A stretch of 61,274 nucleotides of DNA, the filler included. It is 6 parts of 6 records of this genome, joined end to end, with 100 filler letters (N's around TTAATTAATTAA, not from the genome) between each part and the next. Parts side by side here need not be neighbours in the genome. Positions count along the whole stretch, not along the records: positions 16,021 to 24,376 come from DRR723986_15591; positions 24,477 to 46,794 come from DRR723986_15593; 4 more parts are not named here. One strand, 5' to 3'. The position numbers were made by a program, and so were the translations under genes. The stretch's first letter is position 1. Each line of letters opens with the position of its first letter. Below, piece by piece: positions 20,241 through 30,399 of this stretch. The notes below the pieces were generated by a model. It was given only the letters and a program-made list of their open reading frames with translations. It was not told the origin of the DNA and searched no databases.

Positions 20241-20729
20241 TCAGATCTTTTCGAGTAGTTCTTCGCCCACGGTCAGCTTGCAGGCCCCGGCTTCTTCTTC
20301 GAGGTTCAGGACCTTAACAACCCCGTCCTCAGCCATTAGGGCAAAGCGCTGGCAGCGGTTGTAGAGGCCAACGACGGGGGCCGAGAACTCCAGGCCGATC
20401 GCTTTGGTGAAATCACCCGCTGCGTCTGCAAGCATCGTGATGCCTGCCTCGGTCGCGCCGGTGTGCTGGCCCCATGCGGTCATGGCGAAGGGGTCGTTCA
20501 CCGCGATACAGATTACCTCGTCCACGCCCTTTTCGGCGAATGCGTCGCGGGTGCGCATGAAACTGGGCAGGTGGGTGACGGAACAACCACGCGTAAAGGC
20601 GCCGGGCAGACCGAAGATCACGACCTTGCGATCTTTCAGTCTCGGGGCCAGCGGCACCTCTTCGGGGCCGTTCTCGCCAAAGATCAGAAAGGTGGTTTCC
20701 GGCAACTTGTCACCAACTGTAATCGCCAT
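20241..20729 (-). CDS. Peroxiredoxin, Prx5/redoxin type
   Basis: PGAFTRGCS.TH, AVNDPF, RCQRFA. Confidence 0.9.
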   Translation of the reverse strand: MAITVGDKLPETTFLIFGENGPEEVPLAPRLKDRKVVIFGLPGAFTRGCSVTHLPSFMRTRDAFAEKGVDEVICIAVNDPFAMTAWGQHTGATEAGITMLADAAGDFTKAIGLEFSAPVVGLYNRCQRFALMAEDGVVKVLNLEEEAGACKLTVGEELLEKI

Positions 20730-20809
20730 GGTTTTCCTCGTGGGCTGATTGGGTTACGCAAGCGATATAGATCAATCGCTGGCAGGTGCCAGAGCGCGGG
20801 AGGAATTTC

Positions 20810-22015
20810 ATGTCACATGTCGTCGTGATCGGCGCCGGGCAGGCGGGATCGTCGCTGGTGGCGAAGCTGCGGGCGTCCGGGTTCGCGGGGCAAATCACCC
20901 TGATCGGTGAAGAAAGCGCCCCGCCCTATCAGCGCCCGCCGCTGTCCAAGGCCTATCTGTTGGGCGAGATGGACAAGGAACGGCTGTTCCTGCGGCCCGA
21001 GGCCTATTACGCCGACAATGGAATCGCCCTGAAGCTTGGCAAGCCGGTGACGGCGATTGATGCGGCGGCCAAGACTGTGACTGTCGGCGACGAAACGATG
21101 TCCTATGACCATCTGGCCCTGACCACCGGTTCCATCCCGCGCCGCTTGCCTGCCGCGATTGGTGGAGATCTGTCAGGCGTTTTCACCGTGCGCGGGTTGG
21201 CCGATGTCGACGCGATGGCCCCCGAAGTGACCGAAGGTCGCCGGGTTCTGATTGTCGGCGGCGGATATATCGGGCTGGAGGCCGCAGCCGTCTGCGCCAA
21301 GAAGGGCATGCAGGTGACGCTGGTCGAAATGGCTGACCGCATCCTGCAACGCGTGGCCAGCCCCCAGACCTCGGATTATTTCCGGGCGCTTCACAAGGGG
21401 CGTGGCGTTGATATCCGCGAAGGCGTGGGCCTGACCCGGCTGACCGGCGAAGGCCATGTCTCGGGTGCGGTGCTGTCCGATGGCTCTGAACTGGCGCTTG
21501 ATATGGTGATCGTGGGTGTGGGCATCGTGCCCGCCACCGGCCCCGCTGAAATGGCCGGGGTGGAGCTTGAGAATGGCATCAAGACCGATAGCCATGGCCG
21601 CAGCTCTGACCCGTCGATCTGGGCGGCGGGCGATTGCGCGTCCTTCCCCTACAAGGGTGGGCGCATCCGGCTGGAAAGCGTGCAGAACGCCATTGATCAG
21701 GCCGAGTGCGTGGCCGTGAACATCATGGGCGAGGGCAAGGATTATGTGCCAGAGCCGTGGTTCTGGTCCGACCAATACGACACCAAGCTGCAAATCGCGG
21801 GGCTGAATACCGGCTACGACCAGATCGTGACGCGGGAAGCCGAAGGAACCCTATCCTTCTGGTACTACAAGGGCGATCAGTTCTTGGCCGTCGATGCCAT
21901 CAACGATCCGCGCGGCTACATGGTGGGCAAGCGGCTGCTGTCCATGGGCAAGTCGCCCGACAAGGTCGCTGTGGCCGACCGCGAGACCGAGCTGAAGGCA
22001 CTGTTGAAAGCGTGA
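20810..22015 (+). CDS. Ferredoxin reductase-type FAD/NAD(P) oxidoreductase
   Basis: GAGQAG, PYQRPPLSK, GGGYIGLE, AGD, RLESVQNA, PWFWSDQY. Confidence 0.92.
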   Translation: MSHVVVIGAGQAGSSLVAKLRASGFAGQITLIGEESAPPYQRPPLSKAYLLGEMDKERLFLRPEAYYADNGIALKLGKPVTAIDAAAKTVTVGDETMSYDHLALTTGSIPRRLPAAIGGDLSGVFTVRGLADVDAMAPEVTEGRRVLIVGGGYIGLEAAAVCAKKGMQVTLVEMADRILQRVASPQTSDYFRALHKGRGVDIREGVGLTRLTGEGHVSGAVLSDGSELALDMVIVGVGIVPATGPAEMAGVELENGIKTDSHGRSSDPSIWAAGDCASFPYKGGRIRLESVQNAIDQAECVAVNIMGEGKDYVPEPWFWSDQYDTKLQIAGLNTGYDQIVTREAEGTLSFWYYKGDQFLAVDAINDPRGYMVGKRLLSMGKSPDKVAVADRETELKALLKA

Positions 22016-22584
22016 GGATCATCGCAGGCAACCAAAAGGGCAAGCGGCTCGCCTCGGTTGGCAAAGGCGACGCGGGCGCGCATCTGCGGCCCACGTCAGA
22101 CCGGGTGCGCGAAAGCCTGTTCAACCTGCTGGTCAATGGCGGCTATGGCGACCCGATCACCGGCGCCCGCGTGCTGGACCTGTTCGCAGGCACCGGCGCG
22201 CTCGGGCTGGAGGCGCTGTCGCGCGGCGCGGGTTTTGCCTGCTTTGTCGATGATGGAACCACGGCACGGGCGCTGCTTCGTGAAAACATCGCGCTGTGTT
22301 CCGCGCAAGGCACGTCCAAACTCTTCCGCCGCGATGCCACCAAACTGGGCGAGGTGCAGCAGCCTGCGTTCGACCTGATCTTCCTCGATCCGCCCTATGG
22401 CAAGGGGTTGGGGGAAAAGGCGCTGGCGGGGGCAATTGAGGGCGGCTGGCTGGCCCCCGATGCCTTGATCGTGTGGGAGGAAAACACCCCGCCCCTTCCA
22501 CCCGGAACCTGCGAACTCCTCGATCAGCGCCGCTATGGCGACACGCTCATTACTATCCTGCGCTATGAAGGAGCCCAATCATGA
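22012..22584 (+). CDS. rsmD: 16S rRNA m2G966 methyltransferase
   Basis: RIIAG, RPTSDRVRESLFN, LDLFAGTGALGLEALSRG, DPPY. Confidence 0.93.
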   Translation: MRIIAGNQKGKRLASVGKGDAGAHLRPTSDRVRESLFNLLVNGGYGDPITGARVLDLFAGTGALGLEALSRGAGFACFVDDGTTARALLRENIALCSAQGTSKLFRRDATKLGEVQQPAFDLIFLDPPYGKGLGEKALAGAIEGGWLAPDALIVWEENTPPLPPGTCELLDQRRYGDTLITILRYEGAQS

Positions 22585-23243
22585 CCCGCCCCGATCTGGT
22601 GATTTTTGACTGCGACGGGGTGCTGGTGGACAGTGAAACCGTGTCGAACACGGTGCTGGCTGTAAACCTGACGCGCCACGGGCTGCCGATGACGGCAGAT
22701 CGCTGCATGGATCTTTTCGTGGGCGGCACTATGGCCTCGGTCGATGACACGGCCCGTACTATGGGGGCCGATCTACCGGTAGATTGGATAGACGAAATCT
22801 ATGCCGAGACCTACGCCGCGTTGCGCGCGGGCGTGGATGTGATCGCGGGCATCCCCGAATTGCTGGACCGGCTGGACGCAGAGCGTATTCCCTTTGCAGT
22901 CGGCTCCAACGGCAGCGACGACAAGATGCAGATCACGCTTGGCCAGAACGGTCTGCATGGGCGGTTCGGTGATGCGATCTTTTCCGCTCACACGCTGAAA
23001 ACCGCCAAGCCGGACCCCGACCTCTACCTTGCCGCCGCCGCCCATTTCGGCGTTGATCCGTCCCGCGCCGTGGTGATCGAAGATAGTGCGACCGGGGCCA
23101 CGGCAGCAGCCCGCGCGGGGATGCGCTGTCTCGGCTATGCGCCGCAAGGCGACGGGGCGGCGCTTAAGACCGCGGGTGCCGAGATCATCGACAACATGTT
23201 CGCCGTGCCGATGCTGATCGGGCTGAAAGACGCCGCCGAATGA
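22581..23243 (+). CDS. HAD family phosphatase
   Basis: FDCDGVLVDSE, KPDPDLY, IEDS.TG. Confidence 0.9.
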   Translation: MTRPDLVIFDCDGVLVDSETVSNTVLAVNLTRHGLPMTADRCMDLFVGGTMASVDDTARTMGADLPVDWIDEIYAETYAALRAGVDVIAGIPELLDRLDAERIPFAVGSNGSDDKMQITLGQNGLHGRFGDAIFSAHTLKTAKPDPDLYLAAAAHFGVDPSRAVVIEDSATGATAAARAGMRCLGYAPQGDGAALKTAGAEIIDNMFAVPMLIGLKDAAE

Positions 23244-23569
23244 TCTTGCCAGACCACCATTGCCCCGGCTGCGGTGCCGCGCAAAAGGCGTTTCCCCGCT
23301 ATCCGTGGCACATCTGCAAGGATTGCCTGCACCTGGCGCGCGATGGTCGGGGACAGGCCATTGAATTCGCCAATGCATCGCTCAGCGGCGGGCTGGTCTG
23401 GCGTATAAAGGGGCACGAGGATTGGCAGGACGCAACCTATGTTCTGTGCCTGATCCACGACCGCCCCGTATTGGTGCATGAGGCACGGTTTGGCGGTGTC
23501 GTGGCCGAACCCGTGCCGGAACTGCCCCTGACCCACCTGCATGGCCTTGTCGATCTGCGCAAAGCCTAG
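23240..23569 (+). CDS. Small Cys-rich hypothetical protein
   Basis: CPGC..RYP..CKDC, EARFGGVV; ATGA-coupled to the HAD gene. Confidence 0.7.
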   Translation: MILPDHHCPGCGAAQKAFPRYPWHICKDCLHLARDGRGQAIEFANASLSGGLVWRIKGHEDWQDATYVLCLIHDRPVLVHEARFGGVVAEPVPELPLTHLHGLVDLRKA

Positions 23570-23659
23570 AAACAAGCACTAGCGGTCCTTGTCCCCCGGT
23601 CCACAATATGCGACCGTCCGGGCCAATCAGAACACAACAGAGCAGCCCGACCGTCCCCC

Positions 23660-24376
23660 ATGCCGGCCCCTTCCGATTTGCTATCTTCCGTCTTCGGGTT
23701 TTCCGCGTTCCGTCCGGGACAAGAGGAGATCGTGGATGCCGTGACCGCAGGGCGCGACGTGCTGGCCATCATGCCGACGGGCGGCGGCAAGTCGCTCTGT
23801 TTCCAACTGCCTGCCTTGTGCCGCGAAGGTCTGACGGTCGTCATCTCCCCGCTCATCGCACTGATGCGCGATCAGGTGCGGGGACTGAAAGAGGCAGGGG
23901 TCGAGGCAGGGGCGCTGACATCCGGCAATACCGAGGAGGAAACCGATGCTGTCTGGCGCGGGTTGGAGGACGGCTCGCTCAAGCTGCTCTATATCGCGCC
24001 GGAACGGCTGGCCTCTGGCGGCACTGACCGGATGCTGGCGCGCGCAGGTGTCAGCATGATTGCGGTGGATGAGGCGCATTGCGTCAGCCAATGGGGCCAC
24101 GATTTCCGCCCCGATTACCTGCGTATCGGGGATCTGCGCCGGTCGCTCGATGTGCCCTTGGCCGCCTTTACCGCCACGGCTGATGCGGAAACGCGGGCCG
24201 AGATCGTCACGCGGCTGTTCAGTGAAACCAACCCGCCCGAAACCTTTCTACGCGGCTTTGACCGGCCCAACCTGACGCTGGCTTTTGACGTCAAGAACCA
24301 GCCGCGCCAACAGATCCTTGCCTTCGCGGACACCCGCAAGGGCCAGTCCGGCATCGTCTATTGCGGCACCCGCGCC
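23660..24376 (+). CDS. recQ: DNA helicase RecQ (3' truncated)
   Basis: FRPGQEEI, MPTGGGKSLCFQLPA, DEAHCVSQWGHDFRPDY, TATA, FDRPN. Confidence 0.95.
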
Positions 24377-24476
24377 NNNNNNNNNNNNNNNNNNNNNNNN
24401 NNNNNNNNNNNNNNNNNNNNTTAATTAATTAANNNNNNNNNNNNNNNNNNNNNNNNNNNNNNNNNNNNNNNNNNNN
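24377..24476. other. Assembly/concatenation spacer
   Basis: N run with TTAATTAATTAA. Confidence 0.98.
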
Positions 24477-25515
24477 AATGATGAAGCGTTACCCCACTTA
24501 CAAAATCAATGTGTACCCAACTCAGCGCACTGCGGCATACCGCGCAGATGTGTACAAGTTTGCCAAGGAAGAGGCCGCGGGTATCAAGTTGGCTGAGGGT
24601 GGTAATGGGATCTTGAACCTGAAGAAGTCCAATGTTCCTTTCCCGATCCCCACTGAGGGTATTCAGGTAATCTGGAACCACATCATGCGTGATTTGGGTG
24701 GTTCAATTACACGACATTCGGCCGACTTTCCTGTTCAGACAAACGGAAGTTTTACCGTCGGTAAGCGTACGGAAACCATCGCATATGCGTCTTTCATGGC
24801 GGATCCGGAACCCAATCGAATTTTTTATTACTTGAACCAGACCACAGCGCCCGCAAACGCGGCTGGTGAAGTAGCTTTGGTGCATGAGCCGTTGAATCAG
24901 GTTCAGGAACCACGCTTGGCTTGGCAGTACAACCCTGGGCAGCGTCGAGTGATTCGCGCACCTGAACTGGCGTATGACTCCCCCGGTATTGGTGCGGACG
25001 GTTTGCGCACCAACGACGACTTTAACGGTTTCAACGGTTCGCCTGACCGTTATAACTGGAAACTGATTGGCAAAAAAGAAATGTATGTGGCTTACAACAA
25101 CTACAAGTTGACCAGTAAGGCCCTGAAGTACAGCGATATTATCAAGCCAAACCATGTCAACCCCGATCACTTGCGCTACGAGTTGCACCGTGTGTGGGTG
25201 GTTGAAGCCACGCTAAAGCCTGGCGCACGCCACATTTATTCCAAGCGTGTGTTCTTTATCGATGAGGATTCATGGGCTGTATTGCACGCAGACCAATATG
25301 ATGCACGTGGTGGTTTGTGGCGTGTGCGCGAAGTGTACGGTGTGCAGTTGTACGATGCGCCTGCATTTGGCCCAGCTGGCGAAGTGATCTATGACCTGCA
25401 AGCTCGTCGATACCTCGTCAATGCACTGACCAATGAAGAGAAGCCCGTGGAGTTCGGCAAAAAGTACACCACAGCAGACTTTTCGACTGCTGCCTTGCGT
25501 CGCATGGGCAGATGA
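24477..25515 (+). CDS. DUF1329 family periplasmic protein (5' truncated)
   Basis: PFPIP..G..WNH, AWQYNPGQRRV.RAP, D..GFNG..DRY.WKL.GKKE, YELHRVWVVEA, DEDSW. Confidence 0.88.
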
Positions 25516-25577
25516 TGATTGGGTATGCGTTCGACGCCCGTTGTTGTGTTGAATGCGTACCACCTGAACTTTCCCTG

Positions 25578-25607
25578 ACCCAGAGAACTGCATTCTCTGG
25601 GTTTTTT
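25578..25607 (+). terminator. Intra-cluster intrinsic terminator
   Basis: ACCCAGAGAA-CTGCA-TTCTCTGGGT-TTTTT. Confidence 0.7.
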
Positions 25608-25621
25608 AAATTGGAGATGGC

Positions 25622-26782
25622 ATGAACAAGCCACTGTTGCGTGCAACTTTTTTGGCCTTTGGGCTGTGCGCAAGTCAACTGAGTTTTGCTTTCAAGGATC
25701 CTCTGGATTTACCAGCGATTCAGGCACCTAAGGCTGCAAAAGCCTTGTCATTGAATGTGACTTCCCAAGGCAGCAATGTGCTGATGGTTGGGGAGCGGGG
25801 CATCATTCTTAAACGTGATTTTGCAGCGGGAGATCCTGCGCAGGGCGTCAAAGACAATGAAGGCAAATTGTGGACGCAGGCCAAAGTACCGGTATCCGTG
25901 AATTTGACCGGGGTGGCTTACGTCAATGACACGCTGGCTTTTGTGGTTGGACATGATGGGGTGGTGTTGAAGTCGACTGATGCTGGTGCCAGTTGGGTGA
26001 AGGTCTTCGATGGCAATAATGCCAACGAGCAAGTGGTCGCAGCAGCGAAGAAAAAAATGGACGACATGCAAAGTCGTTTTGACGCGGCAAGTCCGGCCGA
26101 GCAAGACAAGTTAAGTGCCGAACTGGAAGCGGCAACTTTCGCTTTTGAAGATGCTGAGGCTGGAGCACGATTTGGTCCAGCCCGTCCGATGCTGGATGTT
26201 TGGTTCAAAGATGCCAATACAGGTTGGGTTGTGGGCAGTTATGGACAGATTTTTGAAACAAACGATGGCGGAACCACCTGGACCCTGATTGCCAACCGTT
26301 TGGACAACCCTGATTTCCGTCACTATAACGGTTTGTATGGCGATGAAACAGGTTTGATGTTGATTGCAGGTGAAGCAGGTCGTGTCTATATTTCCAACGA
26401 CTTTGGCGCAAGCTGGAAGCGCTCTGATACCGGTTACAACGGTCACTTTTACGGCACTGTAGTGACTCGCAATGACGAAGGTCAGCCCATTGTTTTTGCG
26501 TATGGATTCGGTGGCAACGTCTATCGCCTTGGAGCCGGAGCAACCGCCTGGTGGCAATTGAAAAGCCCAAGCAAAGAGAGTTTTGTGCAGGGGCTGACAA
26601 TTGGCCGTGCTGCATTGTTTGTGGATCAGAAAGGCCGTTTGGTGAGTACGGATGAATCAGGCACCACGCTGAAAATGGTGAGTGCTGCTGAGGGCAAGCC
26701 GGTGACTGGCATGGCCCTTGTGAACAACACCTTGGTATTGAGCGGTCAAAACGGCCCCAGAACCCTTGCGCTGCCACGCTAA
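25622..26782 (+). CDS. YCF48/BNR-repeat beta-propeller protein
   Basis: Signal peptide; VGERG, VGHDG, S/TxDxGxS/TW Asp-boxes. Confidence 0.85.
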   Translation: MNKPLLRATFLAFGLCASQLSFAFKDPLDLPAIQAPKAAKALSLNVTSQGSNVLMVGERGIILKRDFAAGDPAQGVKDNEGKLWTQAKVPVSVNLTGVAYVNDTLAFVVGHDGVVLKSTDAGASWVKVFDGNNANEQVVAAAKKKMDDMQSRFDAASPAEQDKLSAELEAATFAFEDAEAGARFGPARPMLDVWFKDANTGWVVGSYGQIFETNDGGTTWTLIANRLDNPDFRHYNGLYGDETGLMLIAGEAGRVYISNDFGASWKRSDTGYNGHFYGTVVTRNDEGQPIVFAYGFGGNVYRLGAGATAWWQLKSPSKESFVQGLTIGRAALFVDQKGRLVSTDESGTTLKMVSAAEGKPVTGMALVNNTLVLSGQNGPRTLALPR

Positions 26783-26796
26783 CTGGAAGAACTGTC

Positions 26797-29163
26797 ATGA
26801 GTAATCAAGAAGAATTGGGTAAGGTCGAACGGTTTTTCGAGTCGATTTTGTTTGGTCACCGAAAGCTTGTAATTGCGGTGTTCGCGGTGTTGTCGGTGTT
26901 CTTTGCGTATCACGCAGTGCAGTTGAAGCCTGACGCCTCTTTTCAGAAGATGGTGCCAGTGACGCATCCATTCATTGCGAATTATCTGAATTACGAGAAT
27001 GAACTTCGCCCTTTGGGCAATGTGCTCCGTATCGCAGTTCACAACAAGAACGGCACCATTTACGAAGCGGAGTTTCTTGAAAAGTTGCGTTTAATTACCG
27101 ATGAGGTGTTTTACATTCCGGGTGTAGACCGAGGTAATTTGAGTTCGATCTGGACGCCCAATGTGATGTGGCGTCAAGTGACTGAGGAAGGCCTGCGTAT
27201 GGGGCCGGTAATCGGTCAGGGCTTTTCTGGAACCCCGGAGCAGATTGAGGCAGTAAAAGCAAACGTAGAGCGCTCGGGACGTATTGGTTCGCTGGTCTCC
27301 AACGATCAACGCTCCGCCATCATTCTTGCCCCTTTGCTGGAGGTCGATCCTGACACTGGAGAGAAGTTAAGTTACGGCAAATTGTCTGCTCAAATCGAAG
27401 AAGTAGTGCGCGACAAATATCAAAGTGATGACATTTCGATTCATATCACTGGTTTCGCAAAAGTCGTGGGTGACCTGATCGATGGATCAAAGGACATTGC
27501 CGGTTTTTTCGCAATTACTTTTGTGCTCACGGTGATCCTGTTGTTGTGGTATTCACGGTGCTGGAAAAGCACGGCTGCAACCATTTTCTGTTGTTCGCTG
27601 GCGGTGATCTGGCACTTGGGCGCAGTGAGTTTGTTGGGTTTTGGCCTTGATCCTTATTCAATTCTTGTACCATTCCTGACTTTCGCGATCGGGGTCAGCC
27701 ATGCGATCCAGAACGTAAGAACCATGGCTTCAGAGCGCTTTCATGGTGCGAGTAAGATTGATGCATCGAAGGCCACCTTTCACTTGTTGTTCATTCCCGG
27801 TTCGGTAGCCTTGTTGGCCGATGCAGTCGGATTCTCGACCTTGTTGGTGATTGAAATCGGGGTAATCCGTGAACTGGCGATCAGCGCCTCCATCGGCGTT
27901 GCGGTAATTATCTTCACCAAGATGTTCCTGTTGCCAGTGTTGATGAGTTATACCGATGTGACTGAACGTGGTTTGCGGCAGGTGGCAAAACAAGAGGCCA
28001 GCAAGCACACGGTGTCGCATTTGCTGTCGCGCTTGACTGAGAAGAAGGTGGCTTATGCTGTGAGTGCTGCCGCTGCGCTGATCTTGGTGGGTGGTCTGTA
28101 CGCGTCTGCGGGCATCAAGATTGGTGACCTGGATCCAGGAGCACCCGAGCTTCGCCCTGATTCTCGCTACAACCAGGACGTGAAATTTTTGGTCGAGAAT
28201 TATTCAACCAGTTCAGATGTATTCGTGGTCATGGTGGAGACTCCCGCAGGGGAGTGCGGTGCCTACCCAGTGGCTTCGGTGGTGGATCGTTTTCAGTGGG
28301 AAATGGAGAACCTTGAGGGTGTTGAGGGAACTGTTTCGCTGTTCACTGTGATGAAGAACATCATCGCTGGTTTCAACGGTGGTAATCCGAAGTGGCTTGC
28401 GATTTCCCGCGACCGTTTTATTTCAAATGGCGCACATAAAAACATCCCGACCAGTTTGTACAATGCCGAATGTTCCATGACGCCGGTGATTCTATTCCTG
28501 TCGGATCACAAGGCCGAGACGCTGGAGCGAGTGGTTGCCAAGGTACAGGCGTTCGCTGCGGAGAATGATTCCGCAGACGCCAAGTTTATTCTGGCTGCCG
28601 GTAACAGTGGTATTGAAGCAGCTACCAATATTGTGGTTGAGCAAGCGCAAAAAACCATGTTGTTGTTGGTGTACAGCATTGTAGGTGCCTTGGTGTGGTG
28701 GGAGTTCAAGAGCTTCCGGGTCATGCTGGCAATCATGATTCCGCTCTTTATTACAGAGGTACTGTGCAAGGTAATTATGGTGCAGTTGAACCTTGGTATC
28801 AAAGTAGCCACTTTGCCGGTAATTGCGCTGGGCGTTGGAATTGGGGTGGATTACGGTATTTATATCTACAACCGCCTCGAAAGTTTCCTGGCCAAAGGCC
28901 TGAACTTCAAGGATGCCTATTTTGAAACCTTGCGTTCCACGGGTGTTGCAGTTGCCTTAACCGCCGTTACGCTGGCCTTGGGTGTGTTTACGTGGGCCTT
29001 CTCTGCCATCAAGTTCCAGGCAGACATGGGCTTATTGCTCGCATTCATGTTCTTGTGGAACATGGTGGGTGCAGTGATTCTGATCCCCGCGCTGGTTCGA
29101 CTGTTCGCGTTTGGTGCGGTGAAGAAAAGGTTTGGTCCTTCCGTGGAAGCACCCGGCCAATAA
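26797..29163 (+). CDS. MMPL/RND family transporter
   Basis: Duplicated 1+5 TM architecture; FAIGVSHAIQ and GIGVDYGIY. Confidence 0.9.
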   Translation: MSNQEELGKVERFFESILFGHRKLVIAVFAVLSVFFAYHAVQLKPDASFQKMVPVTHPFIANYLNYENELRPLGNVLRIAVHNKNGTIYEAEFLEKLRLITDEVFYIPGVDRGNLSSIWTPNVMWRQVTEEGLRMGPVIGQGFSGTPEQIEAVKANVERSGRIGSLVSNDQRSAIILAPLLEVDPDTGEKLSYGKLSAQIEEVVRDKYQSDDISIHITGFAKVVGDLIDGSKDIAGFFAITFVLTVILLLWYSRCWKSTAATIFCCSLAVIWHLGAVSLLGFGLDPYSILVPFLTFAIGVSHAIQNVRTMASERFHGASKIDASKATFHLLFIPGSVALLADAVGFSTLLVIEIGVIRELAISASIGVAVIIFTKMFLLPVLMSYTDVTERGLRQVAKQEASKHTVSHLLSRLTEKKVAYAVSAAAALILVGGLYASAGIKIGDLDPGAPELRPDSRYNQDVKFLVENYSTSSDVFVVMVETPAGECGAYPVASVVDRFQWEMENLEGVEGTVSLFTVMKNIIAGFNGGNPKWLAISRDRFISNGAHKNIPTSLYNAECSMTPVILFLSDHKAETLERVVAKVQAFAAENDSADAKFILAAGNSGIEAATNIVVEQAQKTMLLLVYSIVGALVWWEFKSFRVMLAIMIPLFITEVLCKVIMVQLNLGIKVATLPVIALGVGIGVDYGIYIYNRLESFLAKGLNFKDAYFETLRSTGVAVALTAVTLALGVFTWAFSAIKFQADMGLLLAFMFLWNMVGAVILIPALVRLFAFGAVKKRFGPSVEAPGQ

Positions 29164-29183
29164 TCAGTGTTGTCACGAACTCT

Positions 29184-29209
29184 GGGGCGGCCAAGGTCGC
29201 CCTTTTTTT
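29184..29209 (+). terminator. Intrinsic terminator
   Basis: GGGCGGCC-AA-GGTCGCCC followed by T7. Confidence 0.7.
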
Positions 29210-29266
29210 ATGCCTTTCGGTTTGTGGTAATCTCCTCGCATCACTGATTACTTTCACTGTTCAACC

Positions 29267-30253
29267 ATGCAGTTTCCAGCGCTTCCTGCCATTCCCCATC
29301 CATTGCAGTTCAAGTCAGTCACGTTTACTGCGCTCAAGCCCGGACCAAAATTGATTGTGTTGGGGGCTGTGCACGGTAACGAGGTGTCGGGCAGCAAGGC
29401 CATTCTCAAAATGATTCAAGAATTTGAGGCAGGTGAACGTGTTTTGGTGAAAGGGCAGGTCACTTTTGTGCCGATTACCAACCCACTCGCATATAACCGC
29501 AAGCAGCGTAATGGTGACCGCAATCTCAACAGAAACCTGACTCCCACTGACAGCCCAGTTGATTTCGAAGACCATGTAGCAAATTGGTTGTGCCCCCTTT
29601 TGGCTTCGCACGATGTGCTCTTGGATATCCACAGTTTCCAGAAAGGCGATGTACCTTTTGCTCTGTTCGGTCCTAAAAACAACAACAGTGTTCTGGAGTC
29701 TTTTGAACACGAGAATGCTGAACGTGGCCTGGCATTGCGCTTGGGTGTTTCCAGGTTCGTAGATGGTTGGCTGGATACCTATGCCAAAGGCGTTGCGAAC
29801 CGTGTGGCCTATCTGAAGGCGACTGGCCAGTCAGGCGAAGGCTTAAATACCGACCCGCGTTATGGTATGGGCACCACAGAATGTATGCGCTCAAGTGGTG
29901 GATATGCCGTGACCTTGGAGTGTGGACAGCATGATGATCCCTCAGGACCTGATGTGGCCTACGTCGCCATTTCGAACACTCTGTGCCATCTGGAGTTGAT
30001 TGACGGGCCGTCAGTGCTTCCAGTAACCGAGTATCAACACCTGAGTTTGGTCGAAGTCAACGACAAGCAACATTTTGACGACCAGTTTGTTCGTGCCTGG
30101 TCAAGCTTTGATCCAATACGCAAAGGAGAGTTGATTGGCATTCGCCAGAGCGGGGAGGAAGTGAGGGCAAGCAGGGATGGTTTTATTGTTTTTCCAAATA
30201 CATTGTCACAAGCTGGTCAGGAATGGTTTTATGTGGCTGTGGCCAATGCGTAA
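29267..30253 (+). CDS. Succinylglutamate desuccinylase/aspartoacylase family (M14-like)
   Basis: GAVHGNE, RNLNR, LDIHS, TLECG. Confidence 0.85.
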   Translation: MQFPALPAIPHPLQFKSVTFTALKPGPKLIVLGAVHGNEVSGSKAILKMIQEFEAGERVLVKGQVTFVPITNPLAYNRKQRNGDRNLNRNLTPTDSPVDFEDHVANWLCPLLASHDVLLDIHSFQKGDVPFALFGPKNNNSVLESFEHENAERGLALRLGVSRFVDGWLDTYAKGVANRVAYLKATGQSGEGLNTDPRYGMGTTECMRSSGGYAVTLECGQHDDPSGPDVAYVAISNTLCHLELIDGPSVLPVTEYQHLSLVEVNDKQHFDDQFVRAWSSFDPIRKGELIGIRQSGEEVRASRDGFIVFPNTLSQAGQEWFYVAVANA

Positions 30254-30399
30254 CCCCTAATTGGGGGAAAGTAAGTAATTTTTCCTAATAAAACGCATCA
30301 AATGCCTACAAACAAGTGATTGAAATATATCACTTTCCGGATTGAGTCTTTGGTTCACTTTTGTTTCAATGAAAGCTCGTATCAGGGCGTGAAAAAACA

